A DNA stretch of 64,000 nucleotides from Thermoplasmata archaeon (GCA_041489255.1 JBGPQV010000007.1:34362-98361), one strand, 5' to 3'. Shown: positions 9,604 to 21,225, counted from the stretch's first letter. Made by a program: numbers and translations. The notes: generated by a model not told the origin, from the letters alone.

Positions 9604-10371
9604 TTACCGAGTGACTCCGTCTCCCCATACCTGCCTGCAAATTCGTTTGAACCCGAGTCCCTCGCTCATCGCGAGCGATGCCTGGTTGTCCGCGTAGATG
9701 TGGCAAAGCGGGGTCCTGCCTGCCGCAAGCACCTGCCTCGCGACATCGATCGTCACCGATTCCGCATACCCCTTCCCCCTGTGACTAGGCAGCACGACCA
9801 GCATGCCCATCGCGCTCACCTTGTCCGTCTCGAAATGCGTGAGGTTCCACGCCACGAGATCTCCATCTATGAAGACTCCGGCACTGGGTCCGTTCTCTAT
9901 CCTCGCCTTGACGTACTCTGTGGCGTCCCAGTCGTACGCCCAGGCTCTAGCGATCTTGGATGCCCAGCTAGGATCTAACCGCTTGGTCTCGCGCTTCTGC
10001 CCGCCCCTGAGGTCCCCTGGCGAGAGTGCAAGCAGCCAGGCGCTTGAGCACCATCCTATCCTCATCCTTCGCCGCACGATCCTCAGGTTGTCTTCGTTCA
10101 CCAGGTGAAACCAGTACTTCCCCGCCGGGAGGTCATCGATGACTTTCCCCGCCGCTTCCTCGTCGCTGGCCTGAATCGCGATCGCTGCCGCGTCAGACTC
10201 GTCCGCGGGCTTCTCGATCGCGGCAAGTGCCCGCACATCGTCTGCGTCGTCGACGAGGTACCTCGTCTCCCGCCGCGGATAGAAAACCCTCTGCGAGATG
10301 ATGGCATTCCTGACGATATCGGAGTAGACGAATGCCCTGAGCCTCTCGCGATCCGTGACCCACTCGGTCAT
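9604..10371 (-). CDS. GNAT family N-acetyltransferase
   Basis: VLPSHRGKGYA acetyl-CoA motif and NQASLAMSEGLGF. Confidence 0.85.
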   Translation of the reverse strand: MTEWVTDRERLRAFVYSDIVRNAIISQRVFYPRRETRYLVDDADDVRALAAIEKPADESDAAAIAIQASDEEAAGKVIDDLPAGKYWFHLVNEDNLRIVRRRMRIGWCSSAWLLALSPGDLRGGQKRETKRLDPSWASKIARAWAYDWDATEYVKARIENGPSAGVFIDGDLVAWNLTHFETDKVSAMGMLVVLPSHRGKGYAESVTIDVARQVLAAGRTPLCHIYADNQASLAMSEGLGFKRICRQVWGDGVTR

Positions 10372-10417
10372 GCCTCCGACCGGAATGTGGCCCTCCTTGA
10401 AAGGCTATCGCTCCACG

Positions 10418-12550
10418 TCAGTACATGCCCGGCTGCGCGTTCATGTGGACAGGCCTGCCGTATCTATCCAGCCTGACGACGATGATATTCCCTGTCGCGA
10501 CGTCCATCAGGGCCATCTGCATGCCGTCAGCCACAGGCATGACCTCGACCGTCCTAAGCCTAGACGGATCTATCCCGTAGACGCCCCGCAGCCAATCCGC
10601 CACGTTCTGCGGTATCTGACCCGGGGGTGCGGACCGCGCCCTCGTCCTCTTCCTGCCCGCGGCGAACGCCACGATCAAGACGAGGAACACGCCCGCGAAT
10701 ATGATCAATATCGCGAGGAGCGACATGGCCGACAGGCTCCCGTTGTTCGCCGGACCGGAGCCCGGCGTCCAGAGGAGGAGGGGCACGACCGTCGTCCTGT
10801 GCGCCTCTACAGTCACATTGAGGTACGTCTCCTCGTAGCCGACCCGCGACCCCACGATCATGCGGGTGCCTGCCGGCACGCCCGATATGCTGAAGACGCC
10901 CTTGTCGTCCGCGGAGAGCGTTATGCGGCCTCCGGGCAGGGAGATCGACGCGAACGCAATCCTCTCGTAGCTGTGAGCGTCCATCACAACCCCGGAGATG
11001 TTCCCGCCGTCCACCGCCAACGCGAAAAGCTGCGCGCTGCCGGCCGAGTATGCGTACGACGCGTCCCCTGTGAAGGTCACGCGGAGAAGGTGCTGTCCCC
11101 AGACCGAGGTCATCGGGTACGTGAGGTTCGCCCGGCCGCTCTGGTCGGTGAATGCGGAGCCGACGGCGTCCGAGTCGACGCGGTAACTGAGCGGTTTTCC
11201 AGGAACTGCCGTGCCGTTCGGCGCGCGCATCATGGCGGTGAGCGTCACGCTCGATCCGGCCACCCCTTTCACGACAGGCACATCGATGATCGACGCGTTC
11301 AGGCCGCCTGGAAGTGCTGCGCGCACGGCGTCGTACGCGTTGACGAGCCCGTGACCGTATTCGTTGTCCCAGCCCGGATCTCCCAGGTCCGTTGCGGTCG
11401 AGTTCATGATCGCCCTGACCTCTGAGTTCGTGAGTGAAGGATTGCGCGAGAGGACGAGGGCCGCCACGCCGGCGACCTGGGGCGCGGCCTGCGAGGTCCC
11501 CGTGTGCGACTGATAGTACGGCTGGGTCCTCATCGTCGATGTGATGTCCTCTCCAGGCGCCACGAGTTCCATCTGGCTGCCGTAGTTGCTGAAGGACGAG
11601 CGGACGAGACTTCGACCGACCGATCCGACCGCCACGATGGTCGGGTATGCGGCTGGATACGAGACACCGCCACCGTCGTTGCCTGACGCGGCCACGAGGA
11701 GCACGCCCTTGTTCCAGGCGTACTGCGCGGCGTTCTTGAGCGTGGCGGAGGCGATGCCGCCGAGGCTGAGCGTGATCACGTCCGCGCCGTTGTCTGCCGC
11801 GTACCTGATTCCGAGAGAAATATCAGAGATGTACCCGAGGCCGCAGTCGTCCAGGACCTTCACCGCCATGAGCCTGACCTGGGCGAGGCCCGCAATGCCC
11901 CTGGAGTTGTTGGTCACCGCGCCGACGATGCCGGCCACGTGCGTCCCATGGTAGATCGGGTCGATCTGACAGATGCCGAATGAATCCTGGAGGCGGTTCT
12001 GGTCGTCCATCGGATCGTTGTCGTTGTTCACGAAGTCGTACCCGTAATGGCCGCCCGCGTCCGTCCACATGTTTGCGGCGAGGTCCTCGTGGTTGTAGTC
12101 CACGCCCGTGTCGACCACCGCCACGACGATGTCCTTGCTGCCGAGCGTGAGATCCCAGGCGAACGGGGCGTACATCTCCTGGAGCGCCCACTGGTCTCCG
12201 TAATACGGATCGTCAGGTGTGAAGGCGATCCGGGCAGCCCTGAGATCGTCCTCCACGTAGGAAAGGGGAGCCACGCCGGAGAGGAGGGCCTGGACTTCCT
12301 CCGCGCTGCCAAGGCCCGCGACCGTGATGAACCGCAATCCGCCGTCGACGCTGACGACCCTCCCGCCGAACCGTTCCACGGCGGAGAGCAGGCCCGCGAG
12401 GTCCGCCCCCGACCCGTAGCCGATCATCACTCGCGCACTCTGGCCATCGCCGGATGCACGAGCGCTCGAGAGAGCGGCAAGAGGCAGCGAGGTCGCCAGC
12501 GCCACCGCGACGGCGAACGGCAACAGTCCCCGAGGGGCCTTCAGCGACAT
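10418..12550 (-). CDS. Membrane-anchored S8 (subtilisin-like) serine peptidase with Ig-like/carboxypeptidase-regulatory-like domains
   Basis: Signal peptide from MSLK (12550); VDTG, HGTHVAG and GTSQAAP triad; C-terminal TM plus cytoplasmic tail. Confidence 0.92.
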   Translation of the reverse strand: MSLKAPRGLLPFAVAVALATSLPLAALSSARASGDGQSARVMIGYGSGADLAGLLSAVERFGGRVVSVDGGLRFITVAGLGSAEEVQALLSGVAPLSYVEDDLRAARIAFTPDDPYYGDQWALQEMYAPFAWDLTLGSKDIVVAVVDTGVDYNHEDLAANMWTDAGGHYGYDFVNNDNDPMDDQNRLQDSFGICQIDPIYHGTHVAGIVGAVTNNSRGIAGLAQVRLMAVKVLDDCGLGYISDISLGIRYAADNGADVITLSLGGIASATLKNAAQYAWNKGVLLVAASGNDGGGVSYPAAYPTIVAVGSVGRSLVRSSFSNYGSQMELVAPGEDITSTMRTQPYYQSHTGTSQAAPQVAGVAALVLSRNPSLTNSEVRAIMNSTATDLGDPGWDNEYGHGLVNAYDAVRAALPGGLNASIIDVPVVKGVAGSSVTLTAMMRAPNGTAVPGKPLSYRVDSDAVGSAFTDQSGRANLTYPMTSVWGQHLLRVTFTGDASYAYSAGSAQLFALAVDGGNISGVVMDAHSYERIAFASISLPGGRITLSADDKGVFSISGVPAGTRMIVGSRVGYEETYLNVTVEAHRTTVVPLLLWTPGSGPANNGSLSAMSLLAILIIFAGVFLVLIVAFAAGRKRTRARSAPPGQIPQNVADWLRGVYGIDPSRLRTVEVMPVADGMQMALMDVATGNIIVVRLDRYGRPVHMNAQPGMY

Positions 12551-12588
12551 CGTCACGTGTCCCGGAGATTGTCTACGCGCTCGCCGAC

Positions 12589-12604
12589 ATATAAGGGTTT
12601 TTCG
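12589..12604 (-). promoter_or_regulatory. Putative archaeal BRE/TATA promoter of the subtilase
   Basis: Minus strand CGAAAAACCCTTATAT about 40 nt upstream of the ATG. Confidence 0.55.
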
Positions 12605-12627
12605 TGGATTATCGAGGGTGCGGTCGC

Positions 12628-13923
12628 TCAGAGCTTCAGCACGTCCGCGAAGCCCTCCATGTCCATGAAACCGTGCCCGCTGATGTTGAAGGCGATCGTC
12701 TTCTTCTCCTTCGTCTCCTTGCACTTGATCGCCTCGTCCATCGCGCAGCAGATGCTGTAAGCGGACTCAGGGGCCGGCAGGAAGCCCTCAGTCTGGATGA
12801 ACGTCCTCGCCCTGTCGAAGACGTACTTCTCGTTTGCGGGGTAGGCGATCGTGTCGATGTAGCCCTCGTTCCTTAGCAGGCTGAGCAGGGGAGCGGCTGC
12901 GTGGTACCTCAACCCGTCCCCCCTGATCGGCTTCATGCTCTTCTGGTGCCCGAGCGTGTACATCATCAGCTGGGGTGTCATCTCCGCGTGGTCCGCGAAG
13001 TCATACTTGTACTCGCCCTGCAGGTTCGGGGCGACTTGGCTCTGCGCCGCGATGAACTTGATGTCCTTGCCCTTCACAGCCTCGCCGAGGAAAGGCAGCG
13101 TGAAACCGCCGAAGTTGCTCCCGCCGCCGACGCACGAAGTCATGATGTCGGGGTAGTCGCCGAAGTGCTCGAACTGCTTCTGCGTCTCGAGGCCGATGAT
13201 GGTCTGGTGCAGCAGGACGTGGTTCAGGACCGAGCCGAGGCAGTATATCGCCTTGTCGTCGCTCTCCGCGTCCTGCAGACCTTCCGAGACCGCGATGCCC
13301 AGGGAGCCCGGGTGGTGCTTGTCCTTCTTGAGGAGGGCGCGTCCCGCTTTCGTCTTGTTGCTCGGGGAGGCGAAGACCTCCGCGCCGTACAGCTTCATGA
13401 AGAGGCGGCGCTGCGTCTTCCAGTCGTGGACGGCGCGCACCCAGTAGATCGTCGTCTTGAGGCCCGCGAGGCTGGCGGCGTACGCTAGGGCTGTGCCCCA
13501 CTGGCCCGCGCCGGTCTCCGTGGTGAGGCGCTCGTAGCCCTCCTGCTTTGCGTACCATGCCTGCGCCAGGGCGGTATTGACCTTGTGGCTGCCCGTCGGG
13601 CTGTAGAACTCCGCCTTGTAGTAGAGCCTGGCGGGAGTGTTGAGTTTCTTCTCTAATCTCCTTGCGCGGAACAGCGGCCTCGGTCTGCCCGCCTGGGCGT
13701 AGAGCTGGAGAATCTCTTCGGGAATCGGTATCCACCTCTCCGTCGAGAACTCCTGCTTCAGGCACTCTGCGAGGAGGACATTCGGAAGCCTCTTGATCCT
13801 CGGCTCGCCTTTCTCGTCGTCGCGCGGGGGCGGGAGAGGCTTCGGCAGGTCGGGCTGGATGTTGTACCACTTCGTCGGCAGCTCTTCTTCCTTCAGAATG
13901 ACGACCGATTTGTTCGACTGCAT
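12628..13923 (-). CDS. trpB2: TrpB-like PLP-dependent enzyme (tryptophan synthase beta type 2)
   Basis: WYNIQPDLP, SPTGSHKVN (PLP Lys), TETGAGQWG, LNHVLLHQT, GGGSNF, APES; no trpA nearby. Confidence 0.9.
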   Translation of the reverse strand: MQSNKSVVILKEEELPTKWYNIQPDLPKPLPPPRDDEKGEPRIKRLPNVLLAECLKQEFSTERWIPIPEEILQLYAQAGRPRPLFRARRLEKKLNTPARLYYKAEFYSPTGSHKVNTALAQAWYAKQEGYERLTTETGAGQWGTALAYAASLAGLKTTIYWVRAVHDWKTQRRLFMKLYGAEVFASPSNKTKAGRALLKKDKHHPGSLGIAVSEGLQDAESDDKAIYCLGSVLNHVLLHQTIIGLETQKQFEHFGDYPDIMTSCVGGGSNFGGFTLPFLGEAVKGKDIKFIAAQSQVAPNLQGEYKYDFADHAEMTPQLMMYTLGHQKSMKPIRGDGLRYHAAAPLLSLLRNEGYIDTIAYPANEKYVFDRARTFIQTEGFLPAPESAYSICCAMDEAIKCKETKEKKTIAFNISGHGFMDMEGFADVLKL

Positions 13924-14030
13924 GGTTTTCCCTCTGGACCGGCTTGGCGGGGAATCGGGTGGGCGTTATTATTGTTTTGCAACGGGACGCCTTTCCTCCT
14001 GAAGGGCTCGATTCTTGCCGCGAATCAGTC

Positions 14031-16553
14031 TCAGCCCGGGACATTCCACGAGACCGATGACGGAACGAAAATCCAGTAGCCCTCCCCCGCCATCATCGTG
14101 TATGAGTCAGGCACCCGCCGCAGGTAGTACGGCGCCGCCGTCGCGTCGAAGGCCTCGACGGAGACCGAGGGCATCCCCAGGGCGGCTTTAAGATCCGCAA
14201 TCGCATAGCTCGCATTCATCGAGGGAAAACCGACCATGTTCCAGCCGGCATGGAGTTGAATGGTGGTCGTGTCGGGCCTCACGCCTATGACCGTGAGGTC
14301 GCATGCGGCCGTGACATTGATCCAGAACCCCATGCCGTTGTCGAGCCGCAGCAGGCTGTTCGGATTCCTTCCCGGCATGAACACCTTCCATGGGCTGACC
14401 GGATCCAACCCAGCATAGTACCGCACGTAGTCGAAGCAGCCCGCCACCGATGAGAGGACGCTCTCGATGCTCTCGTTGGCGGGAAGGAGAGGGAAGGACA
14501 AGAACCGGTGGCCCGGCGTCAGGTGGATGGTGTAGGTGGTGACGACGCCGATCCTGCTGCACGCGACGTTGTTCGATTCGTCGAGCTCGTAGAACTCGTC
14601 GGGCGAGTCGGCGAAGACGCAGATGTCGTACCAGCCGTTCAGGCCAGTGGTGTCGAACTGGATGGAGGTCATTGTTAATGAGTCGTCATTCACCGTCGAG
14701 ACGCCGCTGCTCAGCAATGTCCCGCCAAGGCGGGGGTCGCCAAGGTAGAACGAGACGGTCGCGTTCACCGCCGGGAAGTGGCCGACGTTGTGCACCGCCG
14801 CGTCCACGTCGATGGTCTCCCCCGGATTCGGGCGGGGGTTTGAGAAAATAATATCGTCAGGGGACAGGGTGAGGTCCGGGAGATAGCTCCTGTTGTACGG
14901 AGCGAGCTTCGGGTCGCCCATGATCGCGTCCATCCAGCTCAGGCCTATCTGGGATGCCATCATGTAGCTCTCGGCCAACGTGTATCCCCGGGTGTAGGCG
15001 TCGTAGAGGATGTCGGAGTGGGCTATCGCGCTTAGGTAGGGTTCGTAGACGTAGCCCTTCACACCGGTGACCCCGTCTCTGATGAGGTCCGCGACGAGAG
15101 ACTGCCCATAACCGGTCCCATACACGAAGCTCCTCGCGCCGGTGGACACCGCCGTCTCCGCGAGGGAGCCTGGTATCCAGGTGTTGTGCGGTCTGATCTC
15201 GATCATCCGAATGTTATCGACGAACGCGGTGCCGTTCGCTTGGGCGAACACGACCGAGACCCTGAGCTTCATCGCTCCGGGAACCGGTTCGTAGATGACC
15301 TGAGGGAAGCCCCGCCATTTCGAGGTCCCCGACACGGCCGAACCGTTCACCACCGCCAGGACGTTGTCGTAGGAGTCGAGCGCCTTGATCTGGAGGAACA
15401 GCCCGCGCCCGGCCACGCCGGTGTAGTTCGCGCTGCCTGTGAGGAAGTACCTGCTCCCAACCACGGCGGAGAAGTTCTCGGAGACCGCGGTGTAGTTGCC
15501 ATCGGCGAATGGCCTCTCGATCCTCAGAGACCAGAAGCCCGATTCGAACACGCTCGAGTTCCTCGACACGCTGGCCGTCCCCGCCGGATCGTCGTAGAAC
15601 CATCCATCCGGGACGCCGTTCGAGTCCGCGTCACTCTCAAGGCCTGAGTTCGAATTCATGGCGGTGTACCATGTGCCGTCGTTGCTGCCCCAGCTGGAGT
15701 ATCCCGCCACGTTGGAGTCGTTCGTGAGGAAAGCGTAGGTCTCATCCAGCGTAACGTCGAAACCTCTGGCGGTGAGGATGGGGGCGGCGTCCCTCATCCA
15801 GTCGTTACCGACCTGGTAGGCGCCTCCATCTTTCCCCGGATCGACATCAAGAACGAACTTACCTCGGCGACCGATCGCCTCCGTTGCCTTGTCGACCAGG
15901 CCGAGCGCCTCGGGGACGGTGAACGCGGTCAGGCGGGTGACTATGTAGAACCCCCACCTCGCGCGGGTGAAAGGCGCGAACTTGTCATAGTATGGGTTAT
16001 TGAACCATCGGTTGCGGCCGATTTGACTTTCATAAGGACCGCCAACGAGTGCCAGCTCTGAGTCCACCGACGATGAGTTCTCCCAAGGAGACCGCCAAGT
16101 CCCCAGCGGTACGCCCTTCGTCGTCACGAGGAAGTTGATCGCCGTGCTCGGCGGGATGGCGTTCAAGCAGGTCTTGACCTGGTTCGCGAGGGCGGTGAAT
16201 GTAGCCCCGTCGATTTGTTCGTTAGGGGAGGTCGTGACGTTGCAGACATGTGCCCAGCTGATGTTTCGCTGAGTTGTGAAGTAGTCCGCGATGGTCATCG
16301 AATCTGCCGAGTTCAGGTTGCGGATCACGAGGACATCCGAGTAGTTCACCAGGGAAGCGTAGCGCTTCGAAGGGACAGCGTCGGTCTGGAAGCCGCCGCC
16401 AGCCGTCTCTCTTCCTCCCGATGCGTTCGATTCGCGGCTGCCCGCACTGCTGGCTGGCGGGGCAGACGCTGAAATCGAGAGAAGAATCGCGAGCGCCAAG
16501 ATGAGCGCGGAGGCCGCCGACAATGTCGATGAGAAACCGTCGCGGCTGTGCAT
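14031..16553 (-). CDS. Secreted TIGR03790-like protein with inserted carbohydrate-binding-like domain, CARDB and C-terminal GWN-type domain
   Basis: Signal peptide; SSVDSEL, YIVTRL, SWGSND, GQSLVADLIRDGVTGVKGYVYEPYL, GDP; PDL..DESNN CARDB; LHAGWNMVGFP. Confidence 0.8.
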   Translation of the reverse strand: MHSRDGFSSTLSAASALILALAILLSISASAPPASSAGSRESNASGGRETAGGGFQTDAVPSKRYASLVNYSDVLVIRNLNSADSMTIADYFTTQRNISWAHVCNVTTSPNEQIDGATFTALANQVKTCLNAIPPSTAINFLVTTKGVPLGTWRSPWENSSSVDSELALVGGPYESQIGRNRWFNNPYYDKFAPFTRARWGFYIVTRLTAFTVPEALGLVDKATEAIGRRGKFVLDVDPGKDGGAYQVGNDWMRDAAPILTARGFDVTLDETYAFLTNDSNVAGYSSWGSNDGTWYTAMNSNSGLESDADSNGVPDGWFYDDPAGTASVSRNSSVFESGFWSLRIERPFADGNYTAVSENFSAVVGSRYFLTGSANYTGVAGRGLFLQIKALDSYDNVLAVVNGSAVSGTSKWRGFPQVIYEPVPGAMKLRVSVVFAQANGTAFVDNIRMIEIRPHNTWIPGSLAETAVSTGARSFVYGTGYGQSLVADLIRDGVTGVKGYVYEPYLSAIAHSDILYDAYTRGYTLAESYMMASQIGLSWMDAIMGDPKLAPYNRSYLPDLTLSPDDIIFSNPRPNPGETIDVDAAVHNVGHFPAVNATVSFYLGDPRLGGTLLSSGVSTVNDDSLTMTSIQFDTTGLNGWYDICVFADSPDEFYELDESNNVACSRIGVVTTYTIHLTPGHRFLSFPLLPANESIESVLSSVAGCFDYVRYYAGLDPVSPWKVFMPGRNPNSLLRLDNGMGFWINVTAACDLTVIGVRPDTTTIQLHAGWNMVGFPSMNASYAIADLKAALGMPSVSVEAFDATAAPYYLRRVPDSYTMMAGEGYWIFVPSSVSWNVPG

Positions 16554-16720
16554 TCGATTTCCTGTGCATTCACGGCAGCGGCATTCATCAACATAATCCT
16601 TCTGGCCGTACCCCCACGCCAGAAACCATCATATATCTGCAAAAGAATGTTCATTCTGGAGGAAGGGGGCAGGGCGTGGCCGACGGATTTCCATTGCGAG
16701 GGCCAGGAATCTCCAGCACT

Positions 16721-19700
16721 GTGAAGATTTTTTCTCTATCCCTATTGGCCGTGCTGCTTCTCAACATGCCTGCCGTTTGTCGGCCCAATGAACAGACTGA
16801 CGAGATTCCAATCGTAAGTGATGCTCTGCAGACAGAACCAGTCGGTCTATCATCGCCCGCGGGATACTTCATAGAGAACCGCGGCCAGGTTGCGGACGGC
16901 ATCAGGTACTACTCGATTGGCAACCCCGCCATCGCATTCAGGGATGACGGGATCATGTACTTGCTGAGCGACGTTCGACGAGAAGAGAGCAGGGACGCAG
17001 GAGCCCGCGGCATCTCGATTCCTCCCGACCGCCAAGCAGGTGATCAGTCGACGACCATGTCGCATGCTTATTTCATCCATTTCCGTGGCGCCAATCCCAC
17101 GAGACCGGTTGCGATGGAGAGACTGTCGTCTCTCAGCAACTACTTCCTCGGAAATGATCCGAGCAGGTGGAGGACGAACGTGCCGGAGTTCGGAACGGTG
17201 GTCTACCGGATCCTCTATGACGGGATTGACCTCACATATTCCTCCGGCGCGGACGGCATCAAGTACGAGTTCGCTGTGCATCCCGGAATCGACCCTGCGG
17301 CAATCGAGATCGAAGTCGACGGGCTCGAGTCTCTGTTGCTCGATGAAGGGACCTTGGTTGCCAGGACCGCCGCAGGGGATGTGCGCGACTCTCCGCCCAT
17401 ATCCTTCGATTCCGCGGGCGCCGAGGTGGATTGCCGCTTCGCGCTTCATGAGACAGACTCATACGGCTTCGATTGCGGTGACCGTGATGAATCCAAGACG
17501 CTGATTATCGACCCGCTGATTTATTCGACGTTCCTCGGCGGAGGGAATTGGGACGGCGCCAACGCGGTCGCGGTCGATTCCTCCGGGAACGCGTTCGTGA
17601 CGGGCTGGACCCGCTCTGTCGATTTCCCGATTACGGCGGGGGCGTTCCGCGTCAACAACAACGGCTGGGAGGATGTCTTCGTGGTCAAGATGAACGACAC
17701 GGGCAGCGGCCCTCTCTATTCGACCTACCTCGGCGGCACCTCCGCGGACATCGGGCTCTCGATCACCGTCGATGCTTCGGGCAAAGCGTATGTCGCGGGC
17801 AAGACCATGTCCAGGGATTTCCCCGTGACCCCCGGCGCCTACGACCAGGGCTTCAACAATCCTGACTACGAATATGATGCCTTCGTGGCGAAGATCGGGG
17901 CCGCTGGAAACTCGCTCGTGTATTCCACTTTCCTCGGAGGCAACCACAGCGACATCGCCAGGTCCATCGTCATCGACGGCAGCGGGAGCGCATTCGTGGC
18001 CGGAGAGACCGTGTCGCCGACCTTCCCCGTGACGCCCGGTGCATACGACAAGTCGTACGACAACGGCGACGCCTTCGTTACCAAGTTCAACCCATCCGGA
18101 AGCGCCCTCGTCTACTCGACCTTGCTCGGCGGAAACGAGTCGGACCACGCGTGCGCCATCAAGATCGACGCCGCAGGCAACTCCTTCGTCGCCGGATGGA
18201 CGACTTCCCCGAATTTCCCCGTGACCTTGGGCGCATTTCAGAAGTTTCGGCGGGGGACGGAGGACGCATTCGTGACAAAGCTCAGGGCTGATGGCGCGGC
18301 ACTTCTCTATTCCACATTCCTCGGAGGAGACGACAACGATCGTGCGTGGGGGATTGCGGCAGACTCGGCGGGCAGCGCGTACATCACGGGCGAGACCTAT
18401 TCGCCCGGCTTTCCCACCACGCGAGGGGCAATCGACAGAACATACGATGGGGCCGACGACGTCTTTGTCACGAAGATGAACGCCACGGGCACTGGCCTGA
18501 TCTATTCGACGTTCTTGGGCGGCACCGGGGGAGAGGTGGGCTACTCCATCGCGGTGGACGCGCTGGGGAACGCTTATGTGACGGGCGAGACAGGCTCCCC
18601 CGAGTTCCCTACGACGCCGTGAGCGTTTGACCGGACACACAACGGTCTCCCGGATGTGTTCGTCGTGAATATCACTGCGAACGGGAGCTGGCTCGGCTAT
18701 TCCACTTTCATCGGCGGCGGCAGCTGGGATTGCGGGTTCGGCATCACGCTGGACGAATCGCGGCTGACCTATGTCGCAGGTGAGGCATGGTCCGTTGACT
18801 TCCCCGTGACTCCCGGCGCTTTCGATTCGAACCTCAGCGGCTACCGCGAGGGATTTGTCACGAAGCTCGTGACCAGGGCGAACACGCCTCCGGTCATTGT
18901 CTCGTTCACGGTGACTCCTCAGCCGCAGGCCGAGGGGAGCACGGTGACTTTCGATGTCGTAGCGAAAGACGCAGAGGGAGACAAGCTCACGTACGAATTC
19001 GATTTTGAGTCCGACGGCGTGTTCGAGAAGCAGGGAAGCGATGCGAGGGTGACCCATGTCTATGGAGACGACTTCCACGGGACAGCCGCTGTCCGCGTCA
19101 GCGACGCGAGCGACAGCGTGAATGCGAACGCACCGGTGACGATCACCAATGTGGCACCCGCGATTTCCTTCACCTCAGCACCTTCGGGAGACGAAGCCGA
19201 CATCCTGAATTTCAGTGTCCACATCACAGATCCGGGCAGCGACGACATCACGGTGGGATGGTCTGGCTCATGCACCGGCTGGTCGTCGCCGACGGTTTAT
19301 CCGAACGACCCCGCGAGGTATCCGGACCCGCATCCTAGCACCGCGGTCAATCCGCGCGATGTGACCAACGGGCAACGCGTCGTGTGCGGAGACAATGGAG
19401 TCTTCACATGGGCGGTGAGAGCGGAGGACGACGACGGAGGAGTCACGAGGCTCTCCGGACGCTTCACGGTCGCGAACCTGCCGCCTTCGCTCGATGTCAC
19501 ACCGCCTCAGCAAGCGAGCATAGACGAAGGGCAGTCCGTCTCATTCACCGCCACCGCAACAGACCCGGGCAGCGACGACCTGACGTTCAGCTGGTCGTGG
19601 GGGGAGGGCTCGAGCGAGAGCAGGACATGCTTCGACAACGGAATCGGGCCAGATCCTCCGGATAGTCCGAACGGCACTTATCCATTCACCGCCACCGACA

Positions 19701-21121
19701 CCGCCAACCACACCTATGGCGACGACGGGCTCTACAACGTCATGCTGACGGTGAACGATGACGATGGCGGTTCGACATCGTGGCAGGGGCAGGTCTCGGT
19801 TGCCAACATCGCGCCAGAGATCGAACCGTTCGGGCCGTTCTCTGCTGCCGAGGGGCAGTCATTGTCAATCATCGCCAACTCGACGGATCCCGGAAGCGAC
19901 GATTTGACGTTCACTTGGACATTCGAGCTCGGCCCGACCGTCTCCATCACACATTTCAACGACGGAATCGGCCCTGACCCGCCCCAGAGCCCAGGTGGTA
20001 TCTTCCCATTCGCCGCCGCCTGTCTGGTCAACCACACCTACGGCGACAACGGGCTCTTCACACTGACCCTCACAGTCACCGATGACGACGGTGGTTCAGC
20101 GACTTGGCAAACGGAAATCGAAGACTTGAATCTCCCGCCATCAATAACTCCGTTCGGTCTGTTCGACCTGGACGAGGCGGAACAGATTTCCGTCACCGCA
20201 CACGCCCTCGACCCCGGCAGCGATGACCTGACCTTCGTCTGGTCGTTCGAGTTCGGCCCGACCGTCAGCCACATATTCTTCAACGACGGAACGGGACCGG
20301 ATCCGGCGAAGAGCCCGGGCGGCGTGTTCCCGTTCAGCTCCGACGACGTTGCGACACATACATACGGAGACAACGGCATGTTCAGAATCTCTCTCACCGT
20401 TCAGGACGACGACGGCGGTTCTTCTTCCTATGAGACGCTGGTGACAGTCCGAAATCTTCCTCCGACCATCTTGGACGCCAAGGTCTTCATGCTCGCGAAT
20501 GTGACCCTGCGCGTAGCGGGCGAGAAATGGCACGATGTCATCCTCGACCTTTATGAGGGTCCCGAGGAGGTCGGCGAAATCCGAGTGGTCAGGTCTCCCG
20601 GGAGCCCGAACGACCAGACGGCGACAATCCGTCAGGCCGAGGTCACTCTCAGCAGGCCGTTCTCTGCGGTCGCCCGTTACACGCCCGACGACGATCCCGT
20701 CAACGGTCAGCCGAATGGGGCTGACTCCGCGTGGCTCATTATCGATTGGGAGGACGGCGACACCACGGTCTTTCATCATACATTCAACGTTCAGCATACC
20801 GATACATACGTCTGGACCGTCAACAACCTCAGTGCCTACGCGGTCAATCAGATTGTCCATCTGAAAGCCACGGCCATGGATCCCGGCAGTGACGATCTTT
20901 CGTTCCTGTGGGACTCTGGAGACGGGAGGACGTTCGCCGCCATCTATTACAATGACGGAATCGGACCAGACCGATACCCGAGCCCAGACGTGAATCCGAT
21001 TACCGCCACCAACGAGGCGATCCTTGTGTACGGTGCCACTGGAACGTACGCGATAAGACTGATTGTGACCGACGACGACGGAGGTTCGGTCGACCTCCTC
21101 CTGCCGATTTCCATAGGTTGA
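16721..21121 (+). pseudogene. Large SBBP beta-propeller plus PKD-repeat surface protein interrupted by an in-frame TGA at 18620-18622
   Basis: ORFs 16523..18622 and 18656..21121 are in the same frame; sequence reads FPTTP-*-AFDRT where other repeats have TPGAFD; start inferred. Confidence 0.8.
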
Positions 21122-21209
21122 GAACGACAAGCGGAATTCTGGCGGGCATTCTCGGGCAGCATGAGGAATAGCGCACCGGGGCTGGGAAACTTCCACCTCC
21201 CGCCAAAGA

Positions 21210-21225
21210 TTTAGGTAAGCGGAAA
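21210..21225 (+). promoter_or_regulatory. Putative DtxR/MntR-family operator upstream of ZIP transporter 1
   Basis: TTTAGGTAAGCGGAAA resembles TTAGGTTAGCCTAA; a similar site precedes the second ZIP gene. Confidence 0.45.

Noticed and set aside
18620-18622. Selenocysteine readthrough of the in-frame TGA
   Set aside because: The position is Gly in all sister repeats (TPGAFD), not Cys; a GGA>TGA change is simpler
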